Assembly: GCF_009914755.1 (NCBI RefSeq)
Contig: NC_060932.1
Reading direction: 5' to 3' (one strand)
Source: the human T2T-CHM13v2.0 reference genome, Homo sapiens
DNA length: 64,000 nt
The notes under the pieces were generated by a model. That model was not told where the DNA came from. It searched no databases and worked only from the letters and a program-made list of their open reading frames with translations. Numbering within the stretch: position 1 is the stretch's first letter; each line of letters begins with the position of its first letter. Both the position numbers and the translations under genes were made by a program. This document shows, piece after piece, positions 26,749-42,309 of the stretch.

Positions 26749-29700
26749 TATATATATATACGTATATATGTATACGTATATATACACATATATATGTATA
26801 TATATATATATTCATATATTCAGCTCCTTTACCCATTTTTAAATTGGATTATTTGTTTTCTGTGGGGTTTTTTACCTTTTTTTTTAACTTTTCTTGTACA
26901 TTCTGGATATTAGTCCCTCGTTAGATGACTAGTTTCTGAATATTTTCTCCCATTCTGTAGGTTGTCTCTTCACTCTACTGATTGTTTCCTCTGCTGTGCA
27001 GAAGCTTTTGGGTTTTATATAGTCTCATTTGTCTTCTTTTGTTTGTTTTTGATGCCTGTTTGTTTTAAGTCTTACCCGTAAAATCTTGCAATGTCCTGAA
27101 GCATTTCCTTTATGTTTTCTTCTAGTGGTCTTACAGGTTTGGGTCTTCTGCACTAGTCGTTAATCCATTTTGAGTTGATTTTTGTATGTCGTGAGATATA
27201 GGGGTCTAGTTTTATTCTTCTGCATATAGATATTCATTTTTTCCAGCACTATGTATTGACAGGGTGTCCTTCATCCAATGTAAGTTCTTGCCACCTTTGA
27301 TGAAAATGTGTTGGCTGTAACTGCATAGATTTATGTTTATGTTCTCTATTCTATTCCATTGGTCTATGTGTCTGTTTTTTTATACCAATACCATGCTGTT
27401 TTGGTTACTATAGTTTTGTATGTATTTTGAAGTCAGACAGTACGATGCCTTCAGCTTTGTTCTTTTTGCAAAGGATTGCTTTGGCTATTTAGGGTTTGTG
27501 TGTGTGTGTGTGCACGTGCGTGTGTGTGTGTGATTCCATACAAATTTTAGGATTTTTTTCTATTTTGGTGAAAAATGTCATTAGTGTTTTGATTGGGATT
27601 CCATTGAATCTGTAGATTGCTTTGCATAGTATGGTCATTTTAACAGTACTAACTCTTCCAATCCATGATTATGCTATGTCTTTCCATTTTTGTGTATGTA
27701 TCCTCTTCAATTTCTTTATCAGTGTCTCTAAGTTTTCATTGTAGATGTATTTCACATTTATTCCTAGGTATTTTACTTTTCTCGTCATAAATGAGATTGC
27801 TTTCTTAATTTACTTTTCAGCCAGTTCATTCTTAGTGTGTAGAATTGTTGCTATTCTTTGCATGCTGACTTTGCAGCCTGCATCTTTACTAGATTTTTCT
27901 AACAGTTCTAAGAGTTTTTTGGTGGTGTCTTAGGTTTTCCTATATATAAGATCATGTTGTCTGCAAAGAAGGACAATTTTACTTCCTCTTTTTCAATCTG
28001 GATGCCCTTTATGTACTTTTTTTTTTTTTTTTTGCCTAAGTGCCGTGGCTAGGACTTACAGTACCATGTTGAATAACAGTAGTGAAAGGCAATTTTGTCT
28101 TGCCCTAGTTCTTAGAGGAAAGGCTTTCAGCCTTTCTGTTTTGAGTATAGTAGCTGTGAGTTTGTCATATACGGCCTTCATTTTATTGAAGTATGTTCCT
28201 TCTATACATAACGTTTGTAGAGTTTTTATCATGAAAGATGTTGAATTTTATCAAATTATTTTTCTGCATTTATTGAGATTATCATACATTTTTTGTCCTT
28301 TATTCTGTTGAAGTGTAGAATTACAAGTACTGATTTGCATTTGTTGAACCATCTTCGCATCACTGGGATAAATCCTACTGGGTCATGATGTATAATCTCA
28401 TTGTGTTGTTAGGTTCAGATTGTCAGTATTTTGTTGAGGATTTTTGCATCTATGTTTTCTTTATTTGTTGTGTCCTGGTCTGGTTTTGTTATCAGGGTAG
28501 TGGTGGCCTCATAAAATGAGTTAGGAAGAATTCCCTCTTCTTCAATTTTTTGAAATAGTTTGAAAAGAATTGTTGCTCATTCTTCTTTAAATGTTTGGTA
28601 GAATTTAGCAGTAAAGCCATCTGGTCCTGGGCTTTTCTTTGTTAGGAGGCATTTTACTACTGATTCAACCTTGTTACTTTGGTCTGTTATTGGTGTGTTC
28701 AGGTTTTCTGTTTCTTCCTAGTTCTATCTTGGTAGGTTATGTCTGTCCAGGAATTTATCAATTTTTTTCTGAAATTCCCTAAATTTGATAGGATTTCTAT
28801 TTTTTATATTTGTTGAGATTTGTTTTGTGGCATAAAATATGATCTATCCTAGAGAATGTTTCATGTGCTGATGAGAAGAATGCATATTCTATAACTGTTG
28901 GATACAATGTTCTGTAGATGTCTGTTTGGTCATTTAGTCTTTAGTGCAGCTTAATTCTATGTTTCTTGATCGATTTTCTGCTTACATGACCTGTCCAATG
29001 ATGAAAGTGGGATATTAAAGTCCCCAACTATTATTGTATTGGTAAGTATCTCTCTTTATCTCTAATAATGTTTGCTTTTAATATGTAGGTGATCCTGTGT
29101 TGGGTGCATATTCATTTACAATTGTTATATCCTCTTGCTGAATTGATCCCTTTATCATAACGTAATGATCTTCTTTGTCTCTTTCTATTTATTTTTTTGA
29201 CTTACAGTCTATTTAGTCTGATATAAGTTTAGGTGCTCCCACACACTTTTGGTTTCCGTTTGTGTGGAATACCTTTTTCTAACCCTTTACTTTCAGTCTG
29301 TGTGTGTCTTTACAGGTGAAGTGCATTTCTTGTATATAGGTGGGTCTTCCGTTTTTAAATCCATTCAGTGAGTCTGTATCTCTTAAATAGGAGATTTAAA
29401 TGGTCTACATTCATGATTGTTATTGATAGGTGAGGACTTACTCCTGTTATTTGGTTAGTTGATTTCTCATTGTCTCATATATCCTTTGTGGCCTTTTTCC
29501 TCACTTGTTTATCTTTGCAACTTGGTGGTTTTCTGTAGTGATAACCTTTTATTCCTTTCTCCTTCTCACTTGTGTATCTGTTCTACCAGTGAGTTTTATG
29601 CTTTCATGTGTTTTTTTTTTTTTTTTTTTTTTTTTTGATGGTAGATACCATCTTTTAGCTTCTGTTTGTAGGACTTCCTTAAGCATCTGTTATAGGGCTA

Positions 29701-30390
29701 GTCTAGTGGTGATAAATTCCCTCACATTTTGCTTCTCTGGCAAAGACTTCATTTGTAGCTTTATTCCTGAATTATGGCTTTGCTCAGTTTGGTGTTCTTG
29801 ACTAGCAGTTTTCTTCTTTCAGCACTTTGAGTCTATCATCCCATTTTCTCTGGCCTGTAAGGTTTCTGCTGAGAAATCTGATATTAGTCTGATGGGGATT
29901 CCCTTATGTGTGACTTGATGCTTTTTTACTTGCTATTTTTAGAATTCTCTCTCTACTTTTTGACGTTTGACAATTTGACAATAATGTGCCTTGGAGATGA
30001 CATTTTTGGGTTAAATCTATTTGGGAATGTTTAAACTTCCTCTATCTGCATTTCTATAACTCTTCCAAGACTTCAGAAGTTTTCTGCTATTTTTTAATTA
30101 AATAGGCTTTTTATGCCTTTTCTCATCTTTTCTACTTCTGGAGCGCTCATAATTTGAATATTTGTTCCCTTGATGTTGTCCTATATGTCACATAGGCTTT
30201 CTTTATTCCTTTTTATTCTTTTTGTTTATTTGTTTGACTGGGTTATTTTAAAAGACCTGTCTTCAAGTACAGAAATTCTTTCTTCTGCTTGATCTAGTTT
30301 AAAACTGAAGCATTCAATTATATTTTTTATTTTATCATCAAATTCTTCAGTTCTAGGATTTCTGTTTGGTTCTTTTTAATAATATCTATC

Positions 30391-30802
30391 TGATATGGTC
30401 TGGATCTGTGTCCTTACCCAAATCTCATGTCAAATTGTAATCCCCCATGCTAGAGGTAGGCCTGGTGGGAGGTGATTGGATCATGGGGACAGTTTCTCAT
30501 GGTTTAACACCATCCCCTTTGGTACTGTCATGATGAGAGTGGGTTATCACAAGATCTGGTTGTTTAAAAGTGTGTAGTATCTCCCCCTTTCTTCCTCCTG
30601 CTCCAGACATGCGAAGTGCTTGCTCCCCCTTTGCCTTCTGCCATATTTGTAAGTTTCCTGAGGCCTCCCCAAAGGCCAAGCAGATGCCACCATTATGTAT
30701 CCTATACAGCCTGTGGAGCTGTGAGCCAATTAAATTTCTTTTCTTTATCAATTACCCAGTCTCAGGTATTTCTTTGTAGCAGCACAAGAATGGACTAATA
30801 CA
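30391..30802 (+). mobile_element. MSTA/B solo LTR nested in L1
   Basis: TGATATGGTCTGG...GGACTAATACA with perfect 5-bp TSD CTATC. Confidence 0.92.
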
Positions 30803-32350
30803 CTATCTCTTTGAATTTTTCCATTCCCATTATGAATTCTTTTTTAAAATGTCTTTGTTTTGTTTGTATTCTTATGCCTCACTGTTTCCTTAAGAAAATA
30901 ATATTTTAATCATTAATATTATCTATCAATTCATTAATAATTATATTTTCATTAACATCAATACTATTTTATTATTAATACAACTATATTAATAATATTT
31001 TGAAATCCTTTTTAAGAATTTTATGTTTTTTTTCTTTAGGATCTGTCACTGGATAAGTACTATGTTCCTTTGGTGGTGTCATGTTCCTGGCTTGTTCATG
31101 TTTTTTGTGTACATACACTGATATCTACACATCTGGTGTAACAGTCACTTCTTCCAGTTTTATGCAGTAGTTTTCACAGTGAAAGACTTTTTCCTGCAGA
31201 CATATCTATACTGTCAGTTGGGTAGAGCACATTAGGTTTGGTTGCAGTGGGTGTCATAGTGTAGTTCCTATATGATTTCTTTGACTGTATCATTGTCAGT
31301 GGTGTCTGTGAGTTTCTTAGTAGCTTAGGTTACAGTTGTTTATGAAGGCTGTGGTGAGACTTTTCTGGAGCCTGGGGTGCTAGATGGGCTGGTTCTCAGG
31401 ACCCTGGACTGTGCACATGAGCACAGACTATGGCATCAGTGAGCCCTGGTAAGGATCATTTCCAGGGTCCATTAGCAGCACGTGCAGGTGCCAGTGGTGG
31501 ATTGGCTTTTGAGTCTCTCGGAGGCACACTCGGGTCTGTGGCAGCCCTGCTGCTGGAGGGGGCAAGGTAATTGGTGGTGGTGGCAGCCCCTGGCAGGTGA
31601 TTCTCAGGCTTTGGGGAGTACAAGCTTCAGCTCCATAAATCCTAGGGGCAGCCTCCCTAATATGCAAGACCACCTGTTTCCCAGAGTGTAGGGCACTGTG
31701 GGGGCTTGGGTCTCTGGCATGCAGTCACACTGCTGGGTCCAGCTGGTGTCATGATGCTGCAGCCCTCTAAGTGGATATGAGGGGAATGTTGGCTGGGCCT
31801 CAGGGATGTGGAAATGTAGGAGTTCTTGGACCCCAGGGCAGGATGTAGCCTGGTGTTTGTTCCATTCTTAAAATGGTGTCATGTGGCAGCAGCCTGTGTT
31901 CTGTAGGGTGAGTGGAACCCAGTGTGAATTCCCTCTTCAGGACAATGTAATCACATGGACTCAAAGCAGCTCCCTTTACTAAGCACTGGGCTTTTGAGGC
32001 CCGAGTGGCTTTCCTGTCACTACGATTGCAGGTGTGTGTTATGGGAATGTGGACTGTTGGAGATCTCTTGCAAAGGGAATCCTCACAATGGGGAACCCCT
32101 CCTGGCTCTGGCCAGCTGCTCTGCTGCCCTCTCTAGGCTATCATCTTGAGTTTCCCTCCTCAGAGGGTCCTTGTCACTTCCCTGCTGAATTCTAGTGTTC
32201 TCCCTTACATACTCTATTCAGCATACTCTACTCACCATTTTGGTCCTTCTTTGAAGAGGAGATTAGTGCCGGACACCTCTAGTCAACTGTCTTAATCACA
32301 TAGGGTGGTATTGTTCTGCCTTTTATATTCTTGCAGAAAGTGGTATATGA

Positions 32351-32687
<337 letters not shown>

Positions 32688-34032
32688 TCATAGTCTTTTG
32701 ATTCTTAATAGGAATTGACCATATGACAGAACCTACAAACTCAAAATTAGTTATTGATGCTTATATGGCACCTGTATTTTAATTTTAATACCATGGCTAA
32801 AACGAAAGTGAGCAGGAGGGATCCCCAGGTGTAGAAGATAAATCTTGAGTATTTAGAAAAAAATTCTTTTGGGCTTCTTTTGTAGTGATTTTAAACCATT
32901 TTTATTTATGTTGGTGCCAAGTCTTACTACCTAGTAAAAAGCAAATTGCCCCACCCAGGCCTATTGAATCAGAACCCTTGTTTCAACAAGGCCTCCAGGT
33001 GATTCTGATAAATACTAACATTTGGAAACAATTGCCATAAAGACTAGCACAATAAGTATCCTCAGAGCACTGGTATTATCTTTGGATTCTCACAACAGTG
33101 GTCGATTCTGACATTTAAGTATCTTCTGATCAAATAGTTTTAACATTAAGTGTGCCAATATTAAAAAAAAAATCATATCTCTGAAAACAATTTTCTAAAT
33201 TCAATCAGTTCAAACATAGAAAAAACTTCACAGAACAGACTAAATCATTACATTGTTCTTTAAAGAAAACATGCAAAACGCCAACACAAGAAATGTATGA
33301 AAGTGAAGGGTTCTGGTTGAGTGATGGTGGGAGACCTTAAGTCTTACATCTTGACAAACTCTACTCCTGGACCTAAATTTGGACCCTTCTTTGTCTCTGT
33401 GACAGCCTCTGGGATGCCTCTCTGGAGGTTCCACAAGATGCACTTTGAAAATCATTAACTCTTGGATTAGTCACCTGACCCTTAATTATATACTGCCTTG
33501 GCCTTGTATCTTCTTATAGTTTCGTTCTGTGTTGTTTTATTATTGCCTTTGATTACTTACTTTTTGCATGCTTGTGGTCTGAGCCCCTTCATGTAGGAGA
33601 CAGGAAAAAAAGCCACAAAGCCCTGAATGTCTTATGAATTGTAAACAGGTACAGATAGCAGTCATATAATCAACCAATATAGCCAGCAAGCTAGACAGGA
33701 ACTACAGGCAGGGGCTCTGTGTGCAGTACATTTCCTGTATTTTCCATAGTTTCTCAACTATATGGAAGAAGGAATACAACTGGCATTAAGAAGACATACC
33801 CCAGAAAGATGATAGAGTTAACAGCTATTTATCTGGTTCTTGACTTCAATAAAAAATCAGTTAGGACCACTATTTTTCTCTTATGGACCCCATATTTAGG
33901 AAGATTTTCTCCATGAGAATAACTATAGTATGCTAAGTAATACATTAGTTTTCCCCATTTTACTTAATAGATCATGTATTCTCAGTGGAAGCAAAAATTG
34001 GTTCTTCTGGTATGAGTGAATACATCTTACTC

Positions 34033-34392
<360 letters not shown>

Positions 34393-35673
34393 TAAAAAAA
34401 AGTCTAAAAGAATTCTTAGGGGAAAAAGGTAATGATACACTCATATAAATGACTTCCAATTAGAACTTTTGATTTATATGAACTTACCAGTATTCTCACA
34501 GTGAGTTGGAATTTCAGTCAAAACAAAATAACATCATATTTCAGTCTGTGGGTAAATGTAATTGTTCATTCATCAGTGAACACTTTGCTTGCCAGTAGTG
34601 CTGAAAGCATGGAAGAAAAAAGAACAATTGAAAAACGACTGCAATAGTCCAAGTAAGAAATGGTGGAGACTGGACTAGGATGTTCAGATTTGAGATGTAT
34701 TTTAAAATATGCCTTCTGAAAAAAATTCAAAACAGCTCAATGCCCTCATAATAAAGGATTCTACGTTGGGAAATACTGTATGATGCCAAAGTTCTAGGCC
34801 TTATTTCAGGGGGATCTTTGCCTGTTTGTACACATGTTCCAAAAAAATTCTTCCTGGCATCATCATTCTTTAGGCTGGCAGAGAAAAACAAATCAGCAAA
34901 TCTCACATTTTCCTTTATGGGAAAATTTTGTTTGTAGTTGGACCTAATTTCTATTCGGGTAAGGAGTGGCTCTTATTCAAAGACAAGCTTTGTATATTTT
35001 GTTACACAAATGACCTTTATTTTTGAAGCTGTCAACAACATTTTCATAATTGCAAATGGTCTAGGTTGATTAACCTGCTATATTTTGCAGATTTTACAGT
35101 GCATTTGTATTTGCACTGCTAAAAAATTACATAATGAGCATCAATAAGTCTTCCCATGCAATTTTTAGCTCACTCCTGGCATTGATCAACTGTTATGCTT
35201 AGTGTGGTGTAAATTTCTTCCTGATAAACCCAACTTCGGCCCTGGGCTCTATTTTTCCAACGGCTATTAATCAACTTTGCCAGCTGCTTTAGATTCTTTT
35301 TGGAGATAGGATGTCATAAATAAGTAAAAGTAATCATTGTTTCATCCAGGAAGTAAAGAAGTGCAAGCTAGAATACGTGCAAGACAGCATGGTTGGGTCA
35401 TATGTGTGCAGATGAGAAAAGACCAATTCTCCTCTGTGGTTACATGGGTCATATTGCCTGTATATCACTCTCTTCTGCAGTCTACCAAGCGTTATAAACA
35501 GCATGTGATCCATGGGTCTGCTATCAAAACAAATACATTTCACGAGATGTGAAGCGTCATTTAACTTGAGCAATGACTTGAGATTATTACTTAGGGTTTA
35601 GATGGAATGTTTTCTTAATGGGCCAACGTCTTTTGCAAAAAATAGGACTCACAGAGGAACACATAGCAAGACA

Positions 35674-35935
35674 TTTTATTTATTTTTTTGAGATAGGGTG
35701 TCTGTTGCCCAGGCTGGAGTGCAGTGGCATGATCACAGGTCACTGCAGCCTCAACCTCCTGAGCTCAAGTGATCCTCCTACCTCAGCCCCCTGAGTAATC
35801 CCAGCCTCCTGAGCTGCATTGCCCTATGTTCTCCCCATGTTGCCCAGGCTGGTCTCGAACTCCTAAACTCAAGTGATCCTCCCCGCTCTGCCACTCAAAG
35901 TGCTAGGATTACAGGCGTGAACCATCGCACTGGCC
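35674..35935 (-). mobile_element. Alu (AluJ-like) lacking its central linker
   Basis: Right and left arm text joined by a short rearranged segment at ~35795-35835. Confidence 0.8.
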
Positions 35936-36532
35936 CAACAAGTCTTTTTAAACAGAGACTTAAACTGGTTTCCTCATTCCTGAAGTCCAAATAAATTATA
36001 TTGCTAAGTAATATGTATATAATATATGTTGAGGAAGTATTTGTACTCTATGTTAAAGATATCGTTTGCTATGTCTTTGTGTGAATTCAAATATATTTTA
36101 AAATATTTATAAAGGAAGAATAATTTGGCTCATCTTACACCTCAGATAGAAAAATTATCTGGCAGTCCTGAGACTGGGAATGGTTATAAAATGTTTAACA
36201 ACCTACAGACCAGAAGATAAAAAGCTAAGAGGCAACTTACATTAAAAGTACTGCAGCGAGCACATCATAGGAAAAGAGCCGTGTCTCTCCCATTCTCCCT
36301 GGGAGTGTAAGGGACTGGAGATTTAGGGGACGAATTATGCATGTAAGGGTAAACTCACTTGAGCTCATGGTGCTCAAGAGAAAGTCTCCTGAACAGAAGC
36401 CAGCAGGGCAGTTTCTTCTTGCACGTAAAGAATTGTGGTGGATGCGATTATGTTTATGATCTTTGGGTAAGGACATGGAGTAAAGAAAGGTACAAGGGAA
36501 GATGGGATACTCCAAGATTTTGGTATACTCTT

Positions 36533-37197
<665 letters not shown>

Positions 37198-38716
37198 CTC
37201 CTGTTATGGCAACTAAAAACAGAAGGCAAAATGCTTTCTGGCCACAAAAAGAACAAATCCCTAAATCTTAAGTTTTAACTGCATGTCTAGTACTTAAAAT
37301 CATGTGAGGGGTTTTACATGGGATAGCCCTAGAATGTGTGGCGTGTAACTATTTTATTTACAAACGAAGTATTTGAATTAGGAAGCAATCACCATAATAT
37401 TTCACAATAATGTAATATATGCATGGGTTGTAATTTAAGAATTTCAAAAGATATGTTAATAAGTAATCAAACCACCTCATAGTTCAAATTTTAAAATACA
37501 GTTTTCAAAAACTAAATAAAATAACCTTTTCTAAAGCAGCATGTGTTGGTAAAAAACAAAATAAAATTGTCATTAAGGTCAAAGGATAAAACAAGCCCAA
37601 TATTCAGATTTTTTTTTAGACCTCAGAGAGCTAAAGACTTTTTTTGAAGACTTCCAACATCCAGACTTCCAGTGTTTGCAAATCAGCTATTCTGTGCACA
37701 GTCCAAGATGTGGCGCCATTTATGATAGCTGAAAACTTAATGTAAGTATTAATTAAACTTGAAGCTCTAAAAATAAAAAAAGTACACTAAAAGCTGTTTT
37801 AAAGTCAGCAAGGCCGAGTATTTGCTTAGAGGTCTTCTTTTTTAACTCTTGCTCTTAAGTAAATCTTGATAACTATTTGTGGTTCTCCACATCTTTACAT
37901 GGAAAAATGCATTTTGCTGGAGAAAAACAAAAATAATGGTCTAGATTTATGACTGATTTCTCTCAACTATCTTCCTCAGTAACACCTTAATCTAAGAATA
38001 TTTGGTGAAATAATATCCCAGTTCTAGAGAAAGTTGCTAGAATTACAAACATGTCATAGGAAACAGATATTTCAGTTTTAGCATGCATATTGTAACATTT
38101 CAGGCTGCCTTCTTTCCATCAAGATCTGAGCACTAAGTTTCTTTCTGAGTGAAGAATCAGATGAAGCAGATGGGAGGTGATGATAATATTATACTATTTA
38201 TTATCAGATTTGGTGGCTGTTTTATGGTTATATAAAAGAATACTTTGGTTTGGGGAAAGGCTGAAGTATTTGGAGTTAATAAGGTTTCATAACTACAATT
38301 TACTCAAATGGTTCAAGGGAAAAAAAGCAACAAAGAAAGAGAGAATGACAAATCAAATGTCATAAAATGTTAACCACTGGGTGAGGAAATGAGGAGTCTT
38401 GTATTATATTCACAACATTGCTGTGAGTTTGAAATTTTTTCAAAATAAAAGTAGAACAAATTAAAAAGGACACAGTGAGTTTGAAGGGCCTCCAACTGGC
38501 CAAATTTACGACTATTCAAAACAATAATGACTGTAATTGATTGTAATCCAATGAATAAGTAAGAATTCATGAGTCCACATGATACTATAAAAACAAGAAA
38601 GAAAAAGAATAGTAGCCAGAGGCTACTATTATGCCAACAACTTACTCTGAAATGTTTTAGTGAAAAAATTAAGCACTTATCCTGTCTTTTTGAGAATAAT
38701 TATAGTCATTCCCAGT

Positions 38717-40152
38717 TGTATATTAGTCTGTTCTCACACTGCTATAAAGAAATACCTGAGACTGGGTAATTTATAAAGAAGGGAGGTTTAATTGGCTCAT
38801 GGTTCTGCAAGCTGTATAGAAAGCATGGTGGTGTCAGCTTCTGGAGTGACCTCAGGAAAGTTACAATCATGATGAAGGTGAAGAAGAAGCAGGCACTTCA
38901 CATAGCCAGAGCAGGAGGAAGAGAGAGAGATAGGGGAAGGGCTACACACTTTTAAACAACCAGATCTCACAATAACTCACTATCATGAGAAGAGCACCGA
39001 GGGGATGGTGCTAATCCATTCAGGAAGGACCCAACCCCATGATCCAGTCACCTCCCACCAGGCCCAACTCCAACATTGGGGATTACATTTCAACATGAGA
39101 TTTGGGTGGGAACACAGATTCAAACCATATTATTCTGCCTCTGGCCCCTCCCAAATCTCATGTCCTTCTCACATTTCAAAATACAATCATGCCTTTCAAA
39201 CAGTTGCCTAAAGTCTTAACTCATGCCAGCATTCCCTCAAAAATCCCCTTCAAAGTCTCATCTGAAACAAAGAACATCCCTTCTGCCTATGAGCCTGTAA
39301 AATCAAAAACAAGTTAGTTACTTCCAAGACACAATGGGGGTGTTGGCATTGGGTGAACATTCTCATTCCAAAAGGGAGAAATGGGCCAAAAGAAAGGGGC
39401 TATAAGCCCCAGGCAAGTCGGAAACCCAGCAGAGCATTCATTAAATCTTAAAGTTCCAAAATAATCTCCTTTGATTCCATGTCCCACATCTGGGGCACAC
39501 TGGTACAAGGGGTGGGCTCCCAAAACCTTGGGCAGCTTCACCCCTGTGGCTTTCCTGAGTTCATCCCCAGCAGCTGCTCTCACAGACTGGTGTTGAGTCC
39601 CTGCGCCTTTTTCAGGCTGAGGGTGCAAGCTGCTGGGGGTCTACCATTCTGGGGTCTAGAGGACGGTGGCCCTCTTCTCACAGCTCCACTATTCAGTGCC
39701 CCAATGGGGACTCTGTATGGGGGCTCCAGTCCCACATTTTCCATCTGCACTGCCCTAGTAGAGGTTCTCTAGGCTGAAGGCTCCACCCCCATAGCAGGCT
39801 TCTGCCTGAACATCCAGGCTTTTCCATACATCTTCCAAAATCTAGGCAGAGGCTCCTATGCCTCATCTCCTGCATTCTGTGCACCTACAGGCTTAACACC
39901 ACATGGAAGCCACTAAGGCTTCCAGCTTGCAGCCTCTGAAACAGCTGTCCAAGCTGTACCTGGGCCCCCTGTAGCCATGGCTGGAGCTGGAGTAGGTGGA
40001 ATGCAGGTAGCAGTGTTCCAAGGCTGCACAGCGTGAGGCTCTGGGCCTGGCACATGAAACCATTTTTTTCTTCCTGGGCCTTCAGGCCTGTAATGGAAGG
40101 CGCTACCATGAAGGTCACTGAAATGCCTTTGAGGCCTTTTCCCCATTGTCTT
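38717..40152 (-). mobile_element. MSTA-like 3' LTR (38717-39132) plus MST internal segment (39133-40152), truncated
   Basis: LTR tattagtctgttctcacactgctataaag...accatatta; PPT-side ttctgcctctggcccctcccaaatctc; MaLR internal text ends abruptly at ccccattgtctt. Confidence 0.88.
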
Positions 40153-40579
40153 CATTATACAATCATTATAATAAACTTTACATGTGGTTTTGCCCCCCCC
40201 CGAGTGGGCTTTCCTTAATGAATTACGAATTATGGGTAAAAACACGCACAGTTTAATTTCAATGATATAACTATAAATGCCAATCAAATAACATCAACTT
40301 GTCACTCAAACACAGCCTAAGCTCAACTCCTCCCAACAAACCCCATGAAAGCACTGAGCTCTGTAAAGAAGAGCCAATTTCACTTCACAGAGATCAGCCC
40401 GCCCTCCCTCTGAGAGTGTATAACTGTGCTTCAACAAGCTTTGTTTCAAGCTTGCATTTTGGTGTTAGTTTGCATTTCTTTGCTCACTATCACAAGAACC
40501 GAGACTGCTGATCTAGAGCTCCAGCTCTGTTGATCTCCTTGGCTGAAGGGTCCATCCCAACTCAAGATCCCAGGTAACA
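40148..40579 (+). mobile_element. 3' half of ERV LTR (copy 2, same family as 11111-11783 and 47503-48185)
   Basis: Aligns to 47755-48185 (tttcacttcacagagatcagccc...gaagggtccatcccaa...ggtaaca). Confidence 0.85.
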
Positions 40580-40868
40580 ATAATACCTGCTTCTTGATAT
40601 AAGGATTCAACAATTTTTTAAAGCGCTGAGACCATGCCTGTTACATAGTAGGCACTTAACACACGCTGATTATTTACATCTAAATCTTCACAACCACCCT
40701 AAGAAGTACATGTTATTATTCCCATCTTACAATAGAGAAAATAAGCTCAGAGTAATTAATTTTCTTGGGTCTTACAGCAAGTAAGTGATGGTACTGGTAT
40801 CTGTACTTATATTGAATGGTTTGACTGTAAAATTCTTCTTTTCTCTATATCAAATAGTCCCACGAGGA

Positions 40869-40869
<1 letters not shown>

Positions 40870-40916
<47 letters not shown>
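40870..40916. repeat. (TG)n microsatellite
   Basis: Direct reading. Confidence 0.95.
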
Positions 40917-40918
<2 letters not shown>

Positions 40919-42309
40919 TTTAAATGAGAACCAAGCAAAAGCTTATGGTAGAGACCAGGCTATCTGAGTCATGTATGATCGTCATTACTATTTTGGTCAA
41001 AATATCTGGAAATTAGATTTGACAAAAATCACTTTCAGCATATAATGATGAAGATGATGAATTGTGCTCTAAATATTGAGAAGCTATTTTATAAGATGTG
41101 GGAAAATCTGTAACACCTATGTGTGGAATGTCGCCTTGGAGTTTAAAGTTTTATCACAAACTGACAACTCGTTACTGACTCGGTATGAACAAATTTAAAT
41201 CTCTACCTAATTTCTAAATTACCTACTGCCTATACCATAGCTTTGTTCTTTTAGTTTACATCTACCTATGTGTAGCAAACACTAGAAAACTTAAACTTTT
41301 TTTAAAAAAAAAGAAGCAGAGATGCTTTACTTCTCTAAGCAACGAAGCTGTTGAAATGGAAAGAACTGAGCAAGTATCAACAATGTAACATACTTTGCTT
41401 TTTTCCCCATGCTGTAGAAAACTGGAATAGTTCAGGCACCACATCTAAGCTCTTACATAAGTCTTACGCAAGAGTTGTGAGCCAGTTTTTTCCTGAATCA
41501 GTGTCAGAGCTAATTCAGATATTTAAGGACCTTTGCTTCCTAATATTCTTGGTAAGCATGGCATGCACTTACTTAGTTCACTTCCGTTATTTTTAAATTA
41601 CTTGGGTAAACACACACACATTTACATTTATAAACATCCTTGCCAACACAATGAAAGCTCACATTGTGTTCCTCCTAGTATGCTTAGCCTGGGTAGTGTA
41701 GGGGAAAGGGAGGGAGAGTTTCTCTATCGTGAACGCTATTTTCTGAATCTTTCCTAAAAACATATACATGCACTGGATACACTTTTAAAGCAAGCTATTA
41801 TTCACCAGGCCTTTTGCAGAGCATAACTCCAGCATAGAAGGCTAACACATCTATTAACTGGCTCAGTGATTTGATTTTTCTTTTTTTTAATGAGGGAATT
41901 GAGGCAGCTAAAAGTTAAGCCACTATGCTTCAGGACAAAGAGAAAATTCGAAACAGAGGTTAGGTCTCAAAGATCCTGTTTGGACCACAAACGTGAAGAG
42001 TAGCAAAGAGGAAACATAAAAAAAATCAAAAGATACAATTGAAGGAAACTCCTAACCCCTTCATTCTAAGCACAGCCTTCCAGGGCAGCCCTCTTATTCT
42101 TTGTCTTAGCAGTTTATCTCCACCTTAATGCAGAATTATAAGTGATTATTTTGCTCTCCAGATGGAGATATTGGCTCCTTTTTGCCAGTCTTCTTAGAAT
42201 ATAAATTAGCTCAACACTGACTCGGGCAGCTACTGTACTAAAGGCAGGAGATAGAGCATTAAACAACCTGTCTGGGTTCACGCCTTTATGGAACTTACCA
42301 GAATGATAT

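Larger units (their letters stand above)
25645..32300 (-). mobile_element. L1MA-like element with both termini, internally deleted and interrupted
   Basis: 3' UTR at 25.65-26.1 kb; ORF2 remnants (e.g. [14 protein letters not shown] in ORF 26404..26733); ORF1 and GC-richer 5' UTR at 31.3-32.3 kb ending ctagtcaactgtctt. Confidence 0.8.
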
